A stretch of 31,397 nucleotides of DNA from a virus (Duplodnaviria; Caudoviricetes), in IMG/VR virus record IMGVR_UViG_3300028586_000777, positions 1 to 31,397 of that record; one strand, written 5' to 3'. A program made the position numbers and the translations under genes. Below the pieces are notes generated by a model. That model did no database searches and was not told the origin of the DNA. It was given only the letters and a program-made list of their open reading frames with translations. Position 1 is the stretch's first letter. The number at the start of each line of letters is the position of its first letter. This document shows positions 9,810 through 16,947 of this stretch, in pieces.

Positions 9810-10146
9810 GTTTTACCACAAGCGCTATTGCGCCACAAAGGTTTTCACAAAGAACACAAAGCGGTATGCTATAGACAAGGATAACAAGTTATCTTACCAA
9901 GAGCACAAGGCTTTATGTAAGTCGATGTTAACATGCTTTTCTTCACGCACTGTCATTGCGAGGGACGAAGCAATCTCTTTGTTTAAGCCTGACTATTTTA
10001 TGAGATTGCCGCACTACGTTGCACTTCGCTCGCAATGACAGTTCGTGAAGAAATCCGCGGAATCTGCGTTGCTTGCATCAGTGTAAATCCGCGTTACATC
10101 CCTAAAGGCATCAAGGCAAAATTCCCCCTATGGGGGTTAGGGGGCT
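9810..10146. repeat. Cluster of REP/MITE-like elements
   Basis: TTTTACCACAAG...CACAAAGAACACAAAG element 9811-9917; inverted pair CTGTCATTGCGAG 9950-9977 / CTCGCAATGACAG ending 10041; ATCCGCG repeats 10051-10095; CCCCCTATGGGGG hairpin 10122-10146. Confidence 0.85.
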
Positions 10147-11468
10147 CCCACCCTGATTTTAGTCTGATACGTTTTTCGTAAGGCAAACCAGTACCGCATC
10201 ATGATGCTGTCCCACTCATCGGGGCTGCGGCCTATAAGCTCCTTAATACGATCTTTCGGGATGATACCCTGCCTGCCATCTTTGTCGATATCCTTAAGTT
10301 TTACCTGCTCCATCTCTTCGGCGGTGGTTTGCTTTACGGCATCATTATCGCAAAGTTCGCCAGCCAAACGGTTGGTTATCATCTCGGCCATTTTTATCGA
10401 GCACTGGCTCTTAAGGTTGTCATAGTTGGGTTTAACGTAGGTACTGCCCTCCAACATTTCGAGCGGCGAGGAGTTGTTTACAAAACCCTTGCATTTAAGA
10501 AAGTCGACTACGCCACCACCCACACCATCTTCGTCGGCCACAATGTTAGAAAGGGCAATGCCAAAGCGGGTTTGCAATATCTTAGCCCGCCCCACCACCT
10601 CATCGAGTCCGCTTTTGGCAATACTCTCCCGCGCGATGCATACCCACCCATGCCAGATGCGGAACACCGTTTTGTCGCGGCCTTTACGGGCAACGTCAAT
10701 CGTCATAAATTTAAGTCCGGCGGGTGTAAGGTGCGAGGGGTTAAAATAGTCGGCAATGCTGTCGTTATCCATTAGCGTGGCAGGGTCATCGTCATACTCC
10801 CAATTGCCATAATACAGGCGCTCGCGGCTGTTTTTATCGAGCCGTAGAAGCGACTGTAAGTAACTGGGGTGCAGGTGTGGGTTATCAGTCGGAAGGCTCT
10901 GAATAAACCGCCGGTGGAGCGGCAGCACACCATTGCGCTGTGGTTTATAAAACTCCTTGTAAGCCCAGTTCTTGGCAGGGTTGCAGGAACCTAACATTTT
11001 GGGGATAAGGCCGTATTGGGTTAGTTTATACCTGATGCGGCTCTTTACAATTTGCCAGGCATGGTAGGCCACCTGGTTGCATTCGTCGATAAAAGCACCG
11101 CTGATTTCAAGCGAACCAAGGCTATCGAAATTAGGATCTGAAGGATATGAAAACAGGTCTTTAAGCAGTATCTGGCTGCCGTTGTTAAACTGGATTACAT
11201 GCTCTACAGACCTATATTTAAACTGATTGCCCAACCTTAAAAGCGTGGCCTGCTCAAAAAACGTGTTGAGCGTAGTCTCTTTAAGTGTTTTTAACTTAGA
11301 CCGACCCATTAACCAGCGCGTACCCGGATATTTCTGGCACATTTCTATAAGCCAAAGGCAACCCAGCGCACTCTTGCCACCACCGGCAGCGCCACCATAA
11401 AGCACCTCTTCGGTCACGTTATCTTTTAAGTAAAAGACGGCATGCTCCTGTTTAACCAGCAGTTTCAT
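10137..11468 (-). CDS. terL: Terminase large subunit
   Basis: Walker A YGGAAGGGKS, Walker B AFIDE, motif III SCNP, RNase H-like nuclease residues IDVARKGRD, DEDGVGGGVVD and SPDEWDS. Confidence 0.95.
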   Translation of the reverse strand: MKLLVKQEHAVFYLKDNVTEEVLYGGAAGGGKSALGCLWLIEMCQKYPGTRWLMGRSKLKTLKETTLNTFFEQATLLRLGNQFKYRSVEHVIQFNNGSQILLKDLFSYPSDPNFDSLGSLEISGAFIDECNQVAYHAWQIVKSRIRYKLTQYGLIPKMLGSCNPAKNWAYKEFYKPQRNGVLPLHRRFIQSLPTDNPHLHPSYLQSLLRLDKNSRERLYYGNWEYDDDPATLMDNDSIADYFNPSHLTPAGLKFMTIDVARKGRDKTVFRIWHGWVCIARESIAKSGLDEVVGRAKILQTRFGIALSNIVADEDGVGGGVVDFLKCKGFVNNSSPLEMLEGSTYVKPNYDNLKSQCSIKMAEMITNRLAGELCDNDAVKQTTAEEMEQVKLKDIDKDGRQGIIPKDRIKELIGRSPDEWDSIMMRYWFALRKTYQTKIRVGAP

Positions 11469-11973
11469 CGCTAAGGGGGTTTTGGCCGGAGCCCAAATTG
11501 AGCGTTACCGCACCGGGAGATGCCTCATCGCTATCGTCATACTTTTCGTTCCACTGGGCCGGGTTGCGGTTGCGCAGCCAGAACTGCTGACTCCTGAAGT
11601 CGGCCGGAATGTGCTTCTCGACTTCTACAAGTTCTATGCGTTCTTTCTCAACGCGTTTTCCGTTCCCGTCATAATAAATTTCCTTGCACTTAATAGCCTG
11701 CCGGGTGGTAATTATCCTATCAACCGTGGCTTGGTACAGCGAGTGTGCCACTTCCATATCGGCTTGTCGCCTACCCCGGTTAAGGGATTCGGCAAAGTCT
11801 GCATGGTCTTTTTTCCAGCGCGTAAGCATGCGCCGGCTTACGCCAAAAAACGTTGCCAGGTCCTGCTCGGTCAATCCCAGCAGCGTGAGCTTTGTTGCCT
11901 GCGCCGCATAGGTTTCGCTATATTCTTTGTGTGTGGTTTTATGTATGACGGAAGCTGTTACTGCTTCGTTCAT
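11452..11973 (-). CDS. terS: Terminase small subunit
   Basis: N-terminal HTH (GLTEQDLATFFGVSRRMLTRWKK), AD.EVA.SLY..A and FWLRNR.P.QW motifs typical of TerS; overlaps the terL start. Confidence 0.88.
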   Translation of the reverse strand: MNEAVTASVIHKTTHKEYSETYAAQATKLTLLGLTEQDLATFFGVSRRMLTRWKKDHADFAESLNRGRRQADMEVAHSLYQATVDRIITTRQAIKCKEIYYDGNGKRVEKERIELVEVEKHIPADFRSQQFWLRNRNPAQWNEKYDDSDEASPGAVTLNLGSGQNPLSDETAG

Positions 11974-12003
11974 TTTTTAAAAGGGGTGAGGAAATATTTG
12001 GGG

Positions 12004-13086
12004 TTACTTTGTAAAGTATAATATTGCAATCAAAATTCCGAAGAAAATTATACCCAAAATGGCTGAGTTAATTATATCTCGCTTCAATTTTAATTTAGAT
12101 TTTTTCTGAGACTCATTAGACAGTTCAATTTGTCTTCTGTTTTCAGCGGTTGCATTCTGAGGGATGCGTTTTGGCTTTGCATCAAATATTAAATATCTAT
12201 AAAGTGAATCAATTGTTAATGGAATAAATATAGAATTGAACGAAATAAATATTTTTAATAAAATTTTAGAAGCCAAATTATAATCAGTGAATATATTTTT
12301 AAAATCAATCCAGAAAAAAATCAATAATAATATATAAATAGTCGTGTCAATAAAATCAATAACGGTATCATCCTCTTGCTCGAAAGTATACCTTAGGTTT
12401 ATATTTAATATGGTTGAATTTGGGATTATTAATACAGTACTATGTATATCCTTAAATACTCTCTGCTCTTTTTTAAATATTTGTGCCTGTGTTAACGAAA
12501 TAGATTCTAATACACCATTGCCATCTAAAAGATAAGATGTCAGTAACCCGCTGTATAAATTACTTCCATCCTTTTCAGACTTAACTAAGACATCGACTGT
12601 AACTACGCTACATTTACCTTTAGAAAGTGAAAATTCCTTAAAATCTTTTATTTCGCCTTTGAAATAATAATGCCAGTTATTTGCAAATCGTAAAGATTCA
12701 AATCGTCTGTCTAATTTAAAATTTCTAACAACTAAATATAAAACCCAAGATATTATTATTGCTGTACCATATAATACAGCTAAATATTTATACACACTAA
12801 CAATTTCAAAAGCCTCAATATCTTTTTCATTAATAGTATCTTTAGTGATAGAATTATAGAAATGTAAACAAGTTGAATAATCTATTTTTAAAAATAAATA
12901 CTCGTAATAATTATATGCAACAAAATTTAAAATTAAGCCAAATAAGACACTATAGAATAGAGAATGAGACCAAGATTTGGAATCAAATTGTTTAGAGAAA
13001 GTTCCCTGAAAATAAATTTTTCTAAAAAGAAACCCTGGGATTAATATAAAAATTATTAACACCAGGGTTTTTAATGCGATATCCAT
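12004..13086 (-). CDS. AT-rich multi-pass membrane protein (DUF6338-like N-terminal part), accessory moron
   Basis: About six hydrophobic segments; LIPGF and NNWHYYF motifs followed by a beta-rich soluble domain; visibly much more AT-rich than the flanking phage genes. Confidence 0.75.
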   Translation of the reverse strand: MDIALKTLVLIIFILIPGFLFRKIYFQGTFSKQFDSKSWSHSLFYSVLFGLILNFVAYNYYEYLFLKIDYSTCLHFYNSITKDTINEKDIEAFEIVSVYKYLAVLYGTAIIISWVLYLVVRNFKLDRRFESLRFANNWHYYFKGEIKDFKEFSLSKGKCSVVTVDVLVKSEKDGSNLYSGLLTSYLLDGNGVLESISLTQAQIFKKEQRVFKDIHSTVLIIPNSTILNINLRYTFEQEDDTVIDFIDTTIYILLLIFFWIDFKNIFTDYNLASKILLKIFISFNSIFIPLTIDSLYRYLIFDAKPKRIPQNATAENRRQIELSNESQKKSKLKLKRDIINSAILGIIFFGILIAILYFTK

Positions 13087-13093
13087 AGATAGA

Positions 13094-13369
13094 TTATGTG
13101 AATTTCATAAGTGTTACCTTTTCACCATTTTGTTTAGTAAATGTTTTTTCGATTTTATTTAGATTATCTCCAGGTAAATCCTTTCTTTTACCTTCAGAAT
13201 CAATTCCTGTAGTAAATTCAATAAATTCCTGGCGAGTGTTTGGATCATTTAATAAGTCGACAGCTTGTTTACTCATTAATGAATCTCTTCTAAAAATGAC
13301 AGACTCTATCTTTGAAAACATTAATCCAAACATAGATAGGATGCCATATATAAGGTTACTTGTTCTCAT
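13094..13369 (-). CDS. Hypothetical 91 aa protein with N-terminal hydrophobic segment
   Basis: AT-rich, ATG with A-rich leader, ends 7 nt before the membrane protein gene, has its own promoter boxes upstream. Confidence 0.65.
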   Translation of the reverse strand: MRTSNLIYGILSMFGLMFSKIESVIFRRDSLMSKQAVDLLNDPNTRQEFIEFTTGIDSEGKRKDLPGDNLNKIEKTFTKQNGEKVTLMKFT

Positions 13370-13388
13370 TGTAAAATTTTTTGTATAT

Positions 13389-13480
13389 CAAATATAAACA
13401 ATTATTAGTCCATTAATATCTACTATAACATCTTTTTAAGATGCTGTAGTAGTAATTTATTTGTTTATTGTGCAAACGTA
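13389..13480 (-). promoter_or_regulatory. Two Bacteroidota -7 promoter boxes for the moron, separated by a hairpin
   Basis: Minus-strand TATATTTG (13389-13396) and TACGTTTG (13473-13480) match TAnnTTTG; imperfect inverted repeat CTACTATAACATCTT/AAGATGCTGTAGTAG at 13420-13452. Confidence 0.5.
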
Positions 13481-13591
13481 TTAATTAAGATTATCGTGTG
13501 CAACTATTTTATCTGCTTTAATAACTCTACTATAAGCTATTATTTATTATATTCTTAAAATTTAAGAACTTTTTCTATCTCTCCAAACCCT

Positions 13592-14056
13592 CTACTTATT
13601 AAGCCTCATCAACTCATTCGCAATACTATCTATAGCTTGCTTATTATGCTTTTTAGAAAACAGGTGAATATAGTGGTTACCGTTAACAGGGTCTTCAATA
13701 ATAATCTTCTCGTTAATGTAGTTTTCGTTGTTTTGCTTTTCGAACATCTTTACAAAAAGCTGGCTTCGGTATGCCTGGTTTAGTAAATCGGGATTTCGCT
13801 TTTGTATGGGTGCAGAATCGCAATAGCAGTATAAAATTACATTGTGCAGTTCTACATAGTTCCTTACACAACCTGCTATTTGAAATAATGTTTTAGCATT
13901 GTTAGTTTGGTCGGAAGAGATAACCAATTCTATAGTAACATCTACAACAGGAATCATCATTTCATGCGGAATAACATCTGGATTCAATTGCGAAAATTTC
14001 ACGAGATACTCGTGGCCTTCTTTAGTTGTAAACGGGAAATCCTGATCTAAATCCAT
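13592..14056 (-). CDS. Hypothetical protein, DUF6169-like
   Basis: 154 aa; ILYCYCDS...YRSQLFVKMF resembles the ILY.CD...R..LF..WF pattern of this Bacteroidota family (from memory, not searched). Confidence 0.55.
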   Translation of the reverse strand: MDLDQDFPFTTKEGHEYLVKFSQLNPDVIPHEMMIPVVDVTIELVISSDQTNNAKTLFQIAGCVRNYVELHNVILYCYCDSAPIQKRNPDLLNQAYRSQLFVKMFEKQNNENYINEKIIIEDPVNGNHYIHLFSKKHNKQAIDSIANELMRLNK

Positions 14057-14071
14057 TGAATAGCAAGCAAC

Positions 14072-14206
14072 TTACTTTTTAGGAAAGTACTTGTCCCAGT
14101 TGTCGCGCAGTTCCTTTTTAGTCGCTTCTTTATCGGCTGCAAGTTTGCGCACAAACTGCAGAAGCTTTTCTGAAGGGTTTTTTATATGTAAAGTAGTGGT
14201 TTTCAT
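14072..14206 (-). CDS. Unannotated 44 aa protein MKTTTLHIKNPSEKLLQFVRKLAADKEATKKELRDNWDKYFPKK
   Basis: ATG at 14206, TAA at 14072-14074, 15 nt upstream of the 154 aa gene, directly after a TATCTTTG box. Below the ORF-track length cutoff. Confidence 0.7.
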   Translation of the reverse strand: MKTTTLHIKNPSEKLLQFVRKLAADKEATKKELRDNWDKYFPKK

Positions 14207-14212
14207 ATGGTG

Positions 14213-14220
14213 CAAAGATA
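14213..14220 (-). promoter_or_regulatory. Bacteroidota -7 box TATCTTTG giving a near-leaderless transcript
   Basis: Minus strand reads TATCTTTGcaccatATG; 6 nt between the box and the start codon. Confidence 0.6.
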
Positions 14221-14318
14221 ATTAATTTTTCGATTGTTTAAACATCCGAACTATTATTGTCATGTTTAATCAAATATTCATGGCTCAGCAATCCGTGCTG
14301 TACCTTCATGTTACACTA

Positions 14319-14329
14319 TGTCAAAGAAC
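14319..14329 (-). promoter_or_regulatory. BoxA-like antitermination motif GTTCTTTGACA
   Basis: Resembles the NusB/NusE boxA consensus (GYTCTTTAANA-like); intergenic, on the sense strand, just after the replication genes. Confidence 0.45.
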
Positions 14330-14414
14330 GAACTCGTAATAAGGTTTTAAAGTCGAAAAAATCAAAGTCATACCCCTCTACTAACAACCATCAACAAATA
14401 ACCAAATCCACAAA

Positions 14415-14963
14415 TCAACTCTTACTACTCATTCCACCCCAAATTCTCCTCAGGTTACTGCTGTAATTAAATGTGTCCTGGGAGGCAAAATTGGCGTGGT
14501 CACGCTGACTCTCCTGTTCGGCTAACGTGCAGCGGTCGTCGAAGTACTGACGGAAGAACGTGAGTACCTTTTGTACGGTTAGGCTCTCGTAAAACTCGCC
14601 AAACTGCCCGCTTATTATCTTGCGGAAAAGGTAAGTAAGGTCGCTCATGCGCAGGGAGCCGTACAGGTTAACAACCTCTGTGGCGCAGTGCTCTATCTGG
14701 TCTTCGGTCATGGGTTTGTTAAGGTTTAGCATGTCGTTAAGGTACATGAGCCACCCCATGGTAAGGCCTATGGCAAATTCTTTTCCCTTTTCGCGGTTTA
14801 TAGCTGCCAGCGTGGGGGCTGTGGTGTTCATGGCGGCGCTAAGGCTGGTAAGCTTGTGGGCGTGCCGCATGCAGTTATTTGGACTGTAAACGGTTAGCAA
14901 TCTTTCGCCTGAAATCGTCGCTATAGCGCACTTTGCCTTTGCCGGCAGCGGGTTTTGTTGCAT
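14415..14963 (-). CDS. Replication-associated protein (helicase-loader position downstream of the initiator)
   Basis: 182 aa; overlaps the 3' end of the initiator gene; L.MSDL.YLFRKIISGQFGEFYE motif seen in Bacteroidota prophage genes following initiators. Start uncertain. Confidence 0.55.
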   Translation of the reverse strand: MQQNPLPAKAKCAIATISGERLLTVYSPNNCMRHAHKLTSLSAAMNTTAPTLAAINREKGKEFAIGLTMGWLMYLNDMLNLNKPMTEDQIEHCATEVVNLYGSLRMSDLTYLFRKIISGQFGEFYESLTVQKVLTFFRQYFDDRCTLAEQESQRDHANFASQDTFNYSSNLRRIWGGMSSKS

Positions 14964-15717
14964 CTTGTTTTAATTCAAAAAATCCTTTCCAGCCCTTGCC
15001 CATGCTTTGGTGCAGTATGGCTATGGCCGTTGTTTCGCTGGTGTGTGCCAGGGTGCCCAGTTCGGCAAGGGCGGCCTGCTCGCTTTCGGCACTGCGGTAG
15101 GTAAAGTTATGCTCGGCAGCACGGTACCGCTTCCAGGCCTGCCACTGGGCTGTAAATTCTGCGGAGGCGAAGGGAGCGATAACCTCATCTCCAACCCTTG
15201 TGCCTGCAGGAAGTATATTAGCCGCAGTTAGTTTTTCTCCCATACCCTCTTTTCCTTTTTCAGCTTCAATTACATTTTCTTTTTCATTCTCTCTTTCATT
15301 TTCATTTTCTAAAGGCTTTTTTTGGGTTTTAGTTGGGTTTTTAGGTTTAACTTCTTTAAAATTTTTAGTTATAACAGTAGCATTTACAGCATCTTTAGCC
15401 AATTCTTCTTTTCTTGGCCTACCACCTTTTTTACCATTTTCGGCTTGTTTTTCTTTGTATTGTGCACGTTTTACGCGTTCCATTTCTAAACATTCGTTAA
15501 ACAGTACGCCATCTTTTTCTATAAATTTATCGCTAATGCATAGCCACACACTATCCCAACCGGAACCCAAAATACTGCCAAGCCTATTTTTTGGTATACC
15601 CAAATTTACCCACTGGTATGCAAGCAGTTTTATAAAGGCACCGGTTTCCTGACAGGAAAGGTGCAGTGTGCCCACTAAAAAATCCTGAGCATAGAAGGGA
15701 AACGCAGGATCTTTCAT
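14875..15717 (-). CDS. DUF1376/YdaU-family phage replication initiator (lambda O-like architecture)
   Basis: N-terminal PAFPFYAQDFL.GT.HLS..E.GAFIKLL.YQW; ENGKKGGRP motif; low-complexity ENEKE linker; C-terminal W.AWK.YR...SMGKGWKGFF domain. Confidence 0.8.
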   Translation of the reverse strand: MKDPAFPFYAQDFLVGTLHLSCQETGAFIKLLAYQWVNLGIPKNRLGSILGSGWDSVWLCISDKFIEKDGVLFNECLEMERVKRAQYKEKQAENGKKGGRPRKEELAKDAVNATVITKNFKEVKPKNPTKTQKKPLENENERENEKENVIEAEKGKEGMGEKLTAANILPAGTRVGDEVIAPFASAEFTAQWQAWKRYRAAEHNFTYRSAESEQAALAELGTLAHTSETTAIAILHQSMGKGWKGFFELKQDATKPAAGKGKVRYSDDFRRKIANRLQSK

Positions 15718-15965
15718 TATACCCTTACTATATGGTCTATGATCACGTTGTTATACGTGCCTTTAGACCCCGAAATATGAAATTCCAACTCGGCTACATC
15801 GCCGGGTAGCATATCCTGCAGCAGCTCTATTTTAGTACCCAGTGCAGATGGGTAAAACATCCTGCCGGTTTCCTGTTCAAAATGCAGCTGCTGCACCGCA
15901 GTGCCCAGCTTAGTTGTTTTTATATCGCCTACGGCAGTTACTATGCCTTTTATTTTGTAGTTCAT
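15717..15965 (-). CDS. DUF3127-like OB-fold ssDNA-binding protein, copy 2 (82 aa)
   Basis: MNYKIKGIV...KIELL....PGDVAELEFHISG.....YNN; ATG at 15965 preferred because the upstream ORF extension runs through a REP; TAATG coupling to the initiator. Confidence 0.6.
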   Translation of the reverse strand: MNYKIKGIVTAVGDIKTTKLGTAVQQLHFEQETGRMFYPSALGTKIELLQDMLPGDVAELEFHISGSKGTYNNVIIDHIVRV

Positions 15966-15977
15966 GATTTTAAGATT

Positions 15978-16117
15978 AGCCCCCCAACCCCCAAAGGGGG
16001 AGCTTCGCAGTACGCTAAAATTGTGCTGCAATGCCCCTTTGGCATTAGAGGAGTTTTTGTTGTTATTATTAGTTTAATATCTGAGTGAGTTACTCCCCCT
16101 TTGGGGGTTGGGGGGCT
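15978..16117. repeat. Inverted pair of GCCCCCCAACCCCCAAAGGGGGAG REP elements
   Basis: Plus copy at 15978-16002 and reverse-complement copy at 16093-16117. Confidence 0.85.
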
Positions 16118-16356
16118 ACTCCCTGCGCCACAAGGTTATTGTACTGTATGCCGCTGTTCTTGCTTGTTTTGCCCTCCAGGGTTACGGCTACCTGTATCTC
16201 GTCGTTTTCTTTATAGGCATCAAGGTCGTCCATGCGGCGGCCGCGAAATTCTACAAATGCCCTTTGCCTGCCATCTGGTGCAAGGGTTACTACTTTTTTT
16301 TCATGACCGGCGGTGTTGCGGTACTCAATGCTCTCAATTGTTCCTGTAATTGTCAT
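16090..16356 (-). CDS. DUF3127-like OB-fold ssDNA-binding protein, copy 1 (88 aa)
   Basis: MTITGTIESI...KK.V.L....Q...VEFRG.RMD.LD.YKENDEI.V.V.LEGK......YNNL.A matches the DUF3127 pattern; ATG at 16356 with A-rich leader. Confidence 0.7.
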   Translation of the reverse strand: MTITGTIESIEYRNTAGHEKKVVTLAPDGRQRAFVEFRGRRMDDLDAYKENDEIQVAVTLEGKTSKNSGIQYNNLVAQGVAPQPPKGE

Positions 16357-16486
16357 CTTTAAATAAGTTTGAATGTTTATAAAGTTGTCAAGTCTTAATG
16401 TTTGTTGATGGTTATTAGTTGATAGTTGTTGGTTTCCGGGAAGAGTGAAGTTGCCGGCAACAAACAACCACTAACTAACAACCGCG

Positions 16487-16822
16487 CTACTCCGTAATCG
16501 TAAACCGCCTGTCGCTGTTAAACTGCATAATGGCACGGGTTTCGAGGGCTTTAAACTCCGCCGACTCAAAGTAGCTGCCCATTGCTAATGGCTCTTTGGC
16601 TGTTAATGGTTGCCCATTAGCTGTTGCCAGTTGTTTATTTAAACCTTTCAGCTCCTCATGCAGTTCGCGCAGTGTGCGGCTTATTGCACACAGGTTATAA
16701 TGTACCTGTGTGGTGTTTTCCACTTCAAATATCGACCGGCCAGAGGCTAAGTAGTGGTTATACGAAGCTTTTATTGCACTTAGTTCCACTATTTCTTTGG
16801 TTAAGAGTTGTTTGTTACGCAT
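16487..16822 (-). CDS. Hypothetical coiled-coil protein (111 aa), first gene of the leftward operon
   Basis: ATG at 16822 lies just downstream of the leftward promoter; the ORF-track TTG at 16879 falls inside that promoter. No HTH recognisable. Confidence 0.65.
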   Translation of the reverse strand: MRNKQLLTKEIVELSAIKASYNHYLASGRSIFEVENTTQVHYNLCAISRTLRELHEELKGLNKQLATANGQPLTAKEPLAMGSYFESAEFKALETRAIMQFNSDRRFTITE

Positions 16823-16837
16823 TTCTTTATATCTTTG
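16808..16837 (+). promoter_or_regulatory. Rightward promoter (toward the repressor): TTG-N19-TATCTTTG
   Basis: TTG 16808-16810, 19 nt spacer, TATCTTTG 16830-16837; exact match to the Flavobacterium/Bacteroides -33/-7 consensus. Confidence 0.65.
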
Positions 16838-16849
16838 TGAAGTATAATG

Positions 16850-16880
16850 CAAAGTTAAGTGTAATATTCCACTTTGCAAA
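16850..16880 (-). promoter_or_regulatory. Leftward promoter: TTTG-N19-TAACTTTG
   Basis: Minus strand TTTG (16880-16877), 19 nt spacer, TAACTTTG (16857-16850); exact consensus match, 27 nt upstream of ATG 16822. Confidence 0.75.
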
Positions 16881-16918
16881 ACAAAATTTAATATAATTTT
16901 CCACTTTGCTATGGAAAA
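16867..16918. promoter_or_regulatory. Candidate repressor operators
   Basis: Direct repeat TTCCACTTTGC at 16867-16877 and 16899-16909 (32 bp apart); inverted repeat TTTTCCA-N8-TGGAAAA at 16897-16918. Confidence 0.5.
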
Positions 16919-16947
16919 GTTTTAAACTGTTGGCTAAAGTTTTGATT

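Noticed and set aside
5811-10038. ORFs 5811-6107, 5981-6223, 6491-6688, 8727-9002, 9056-9355 and 9745-10038
   Set aside because: They translate REP elements (IASCLAMT, VIARYEAI, PNPSPKERG) or overlap real genes; no independent coding signal.
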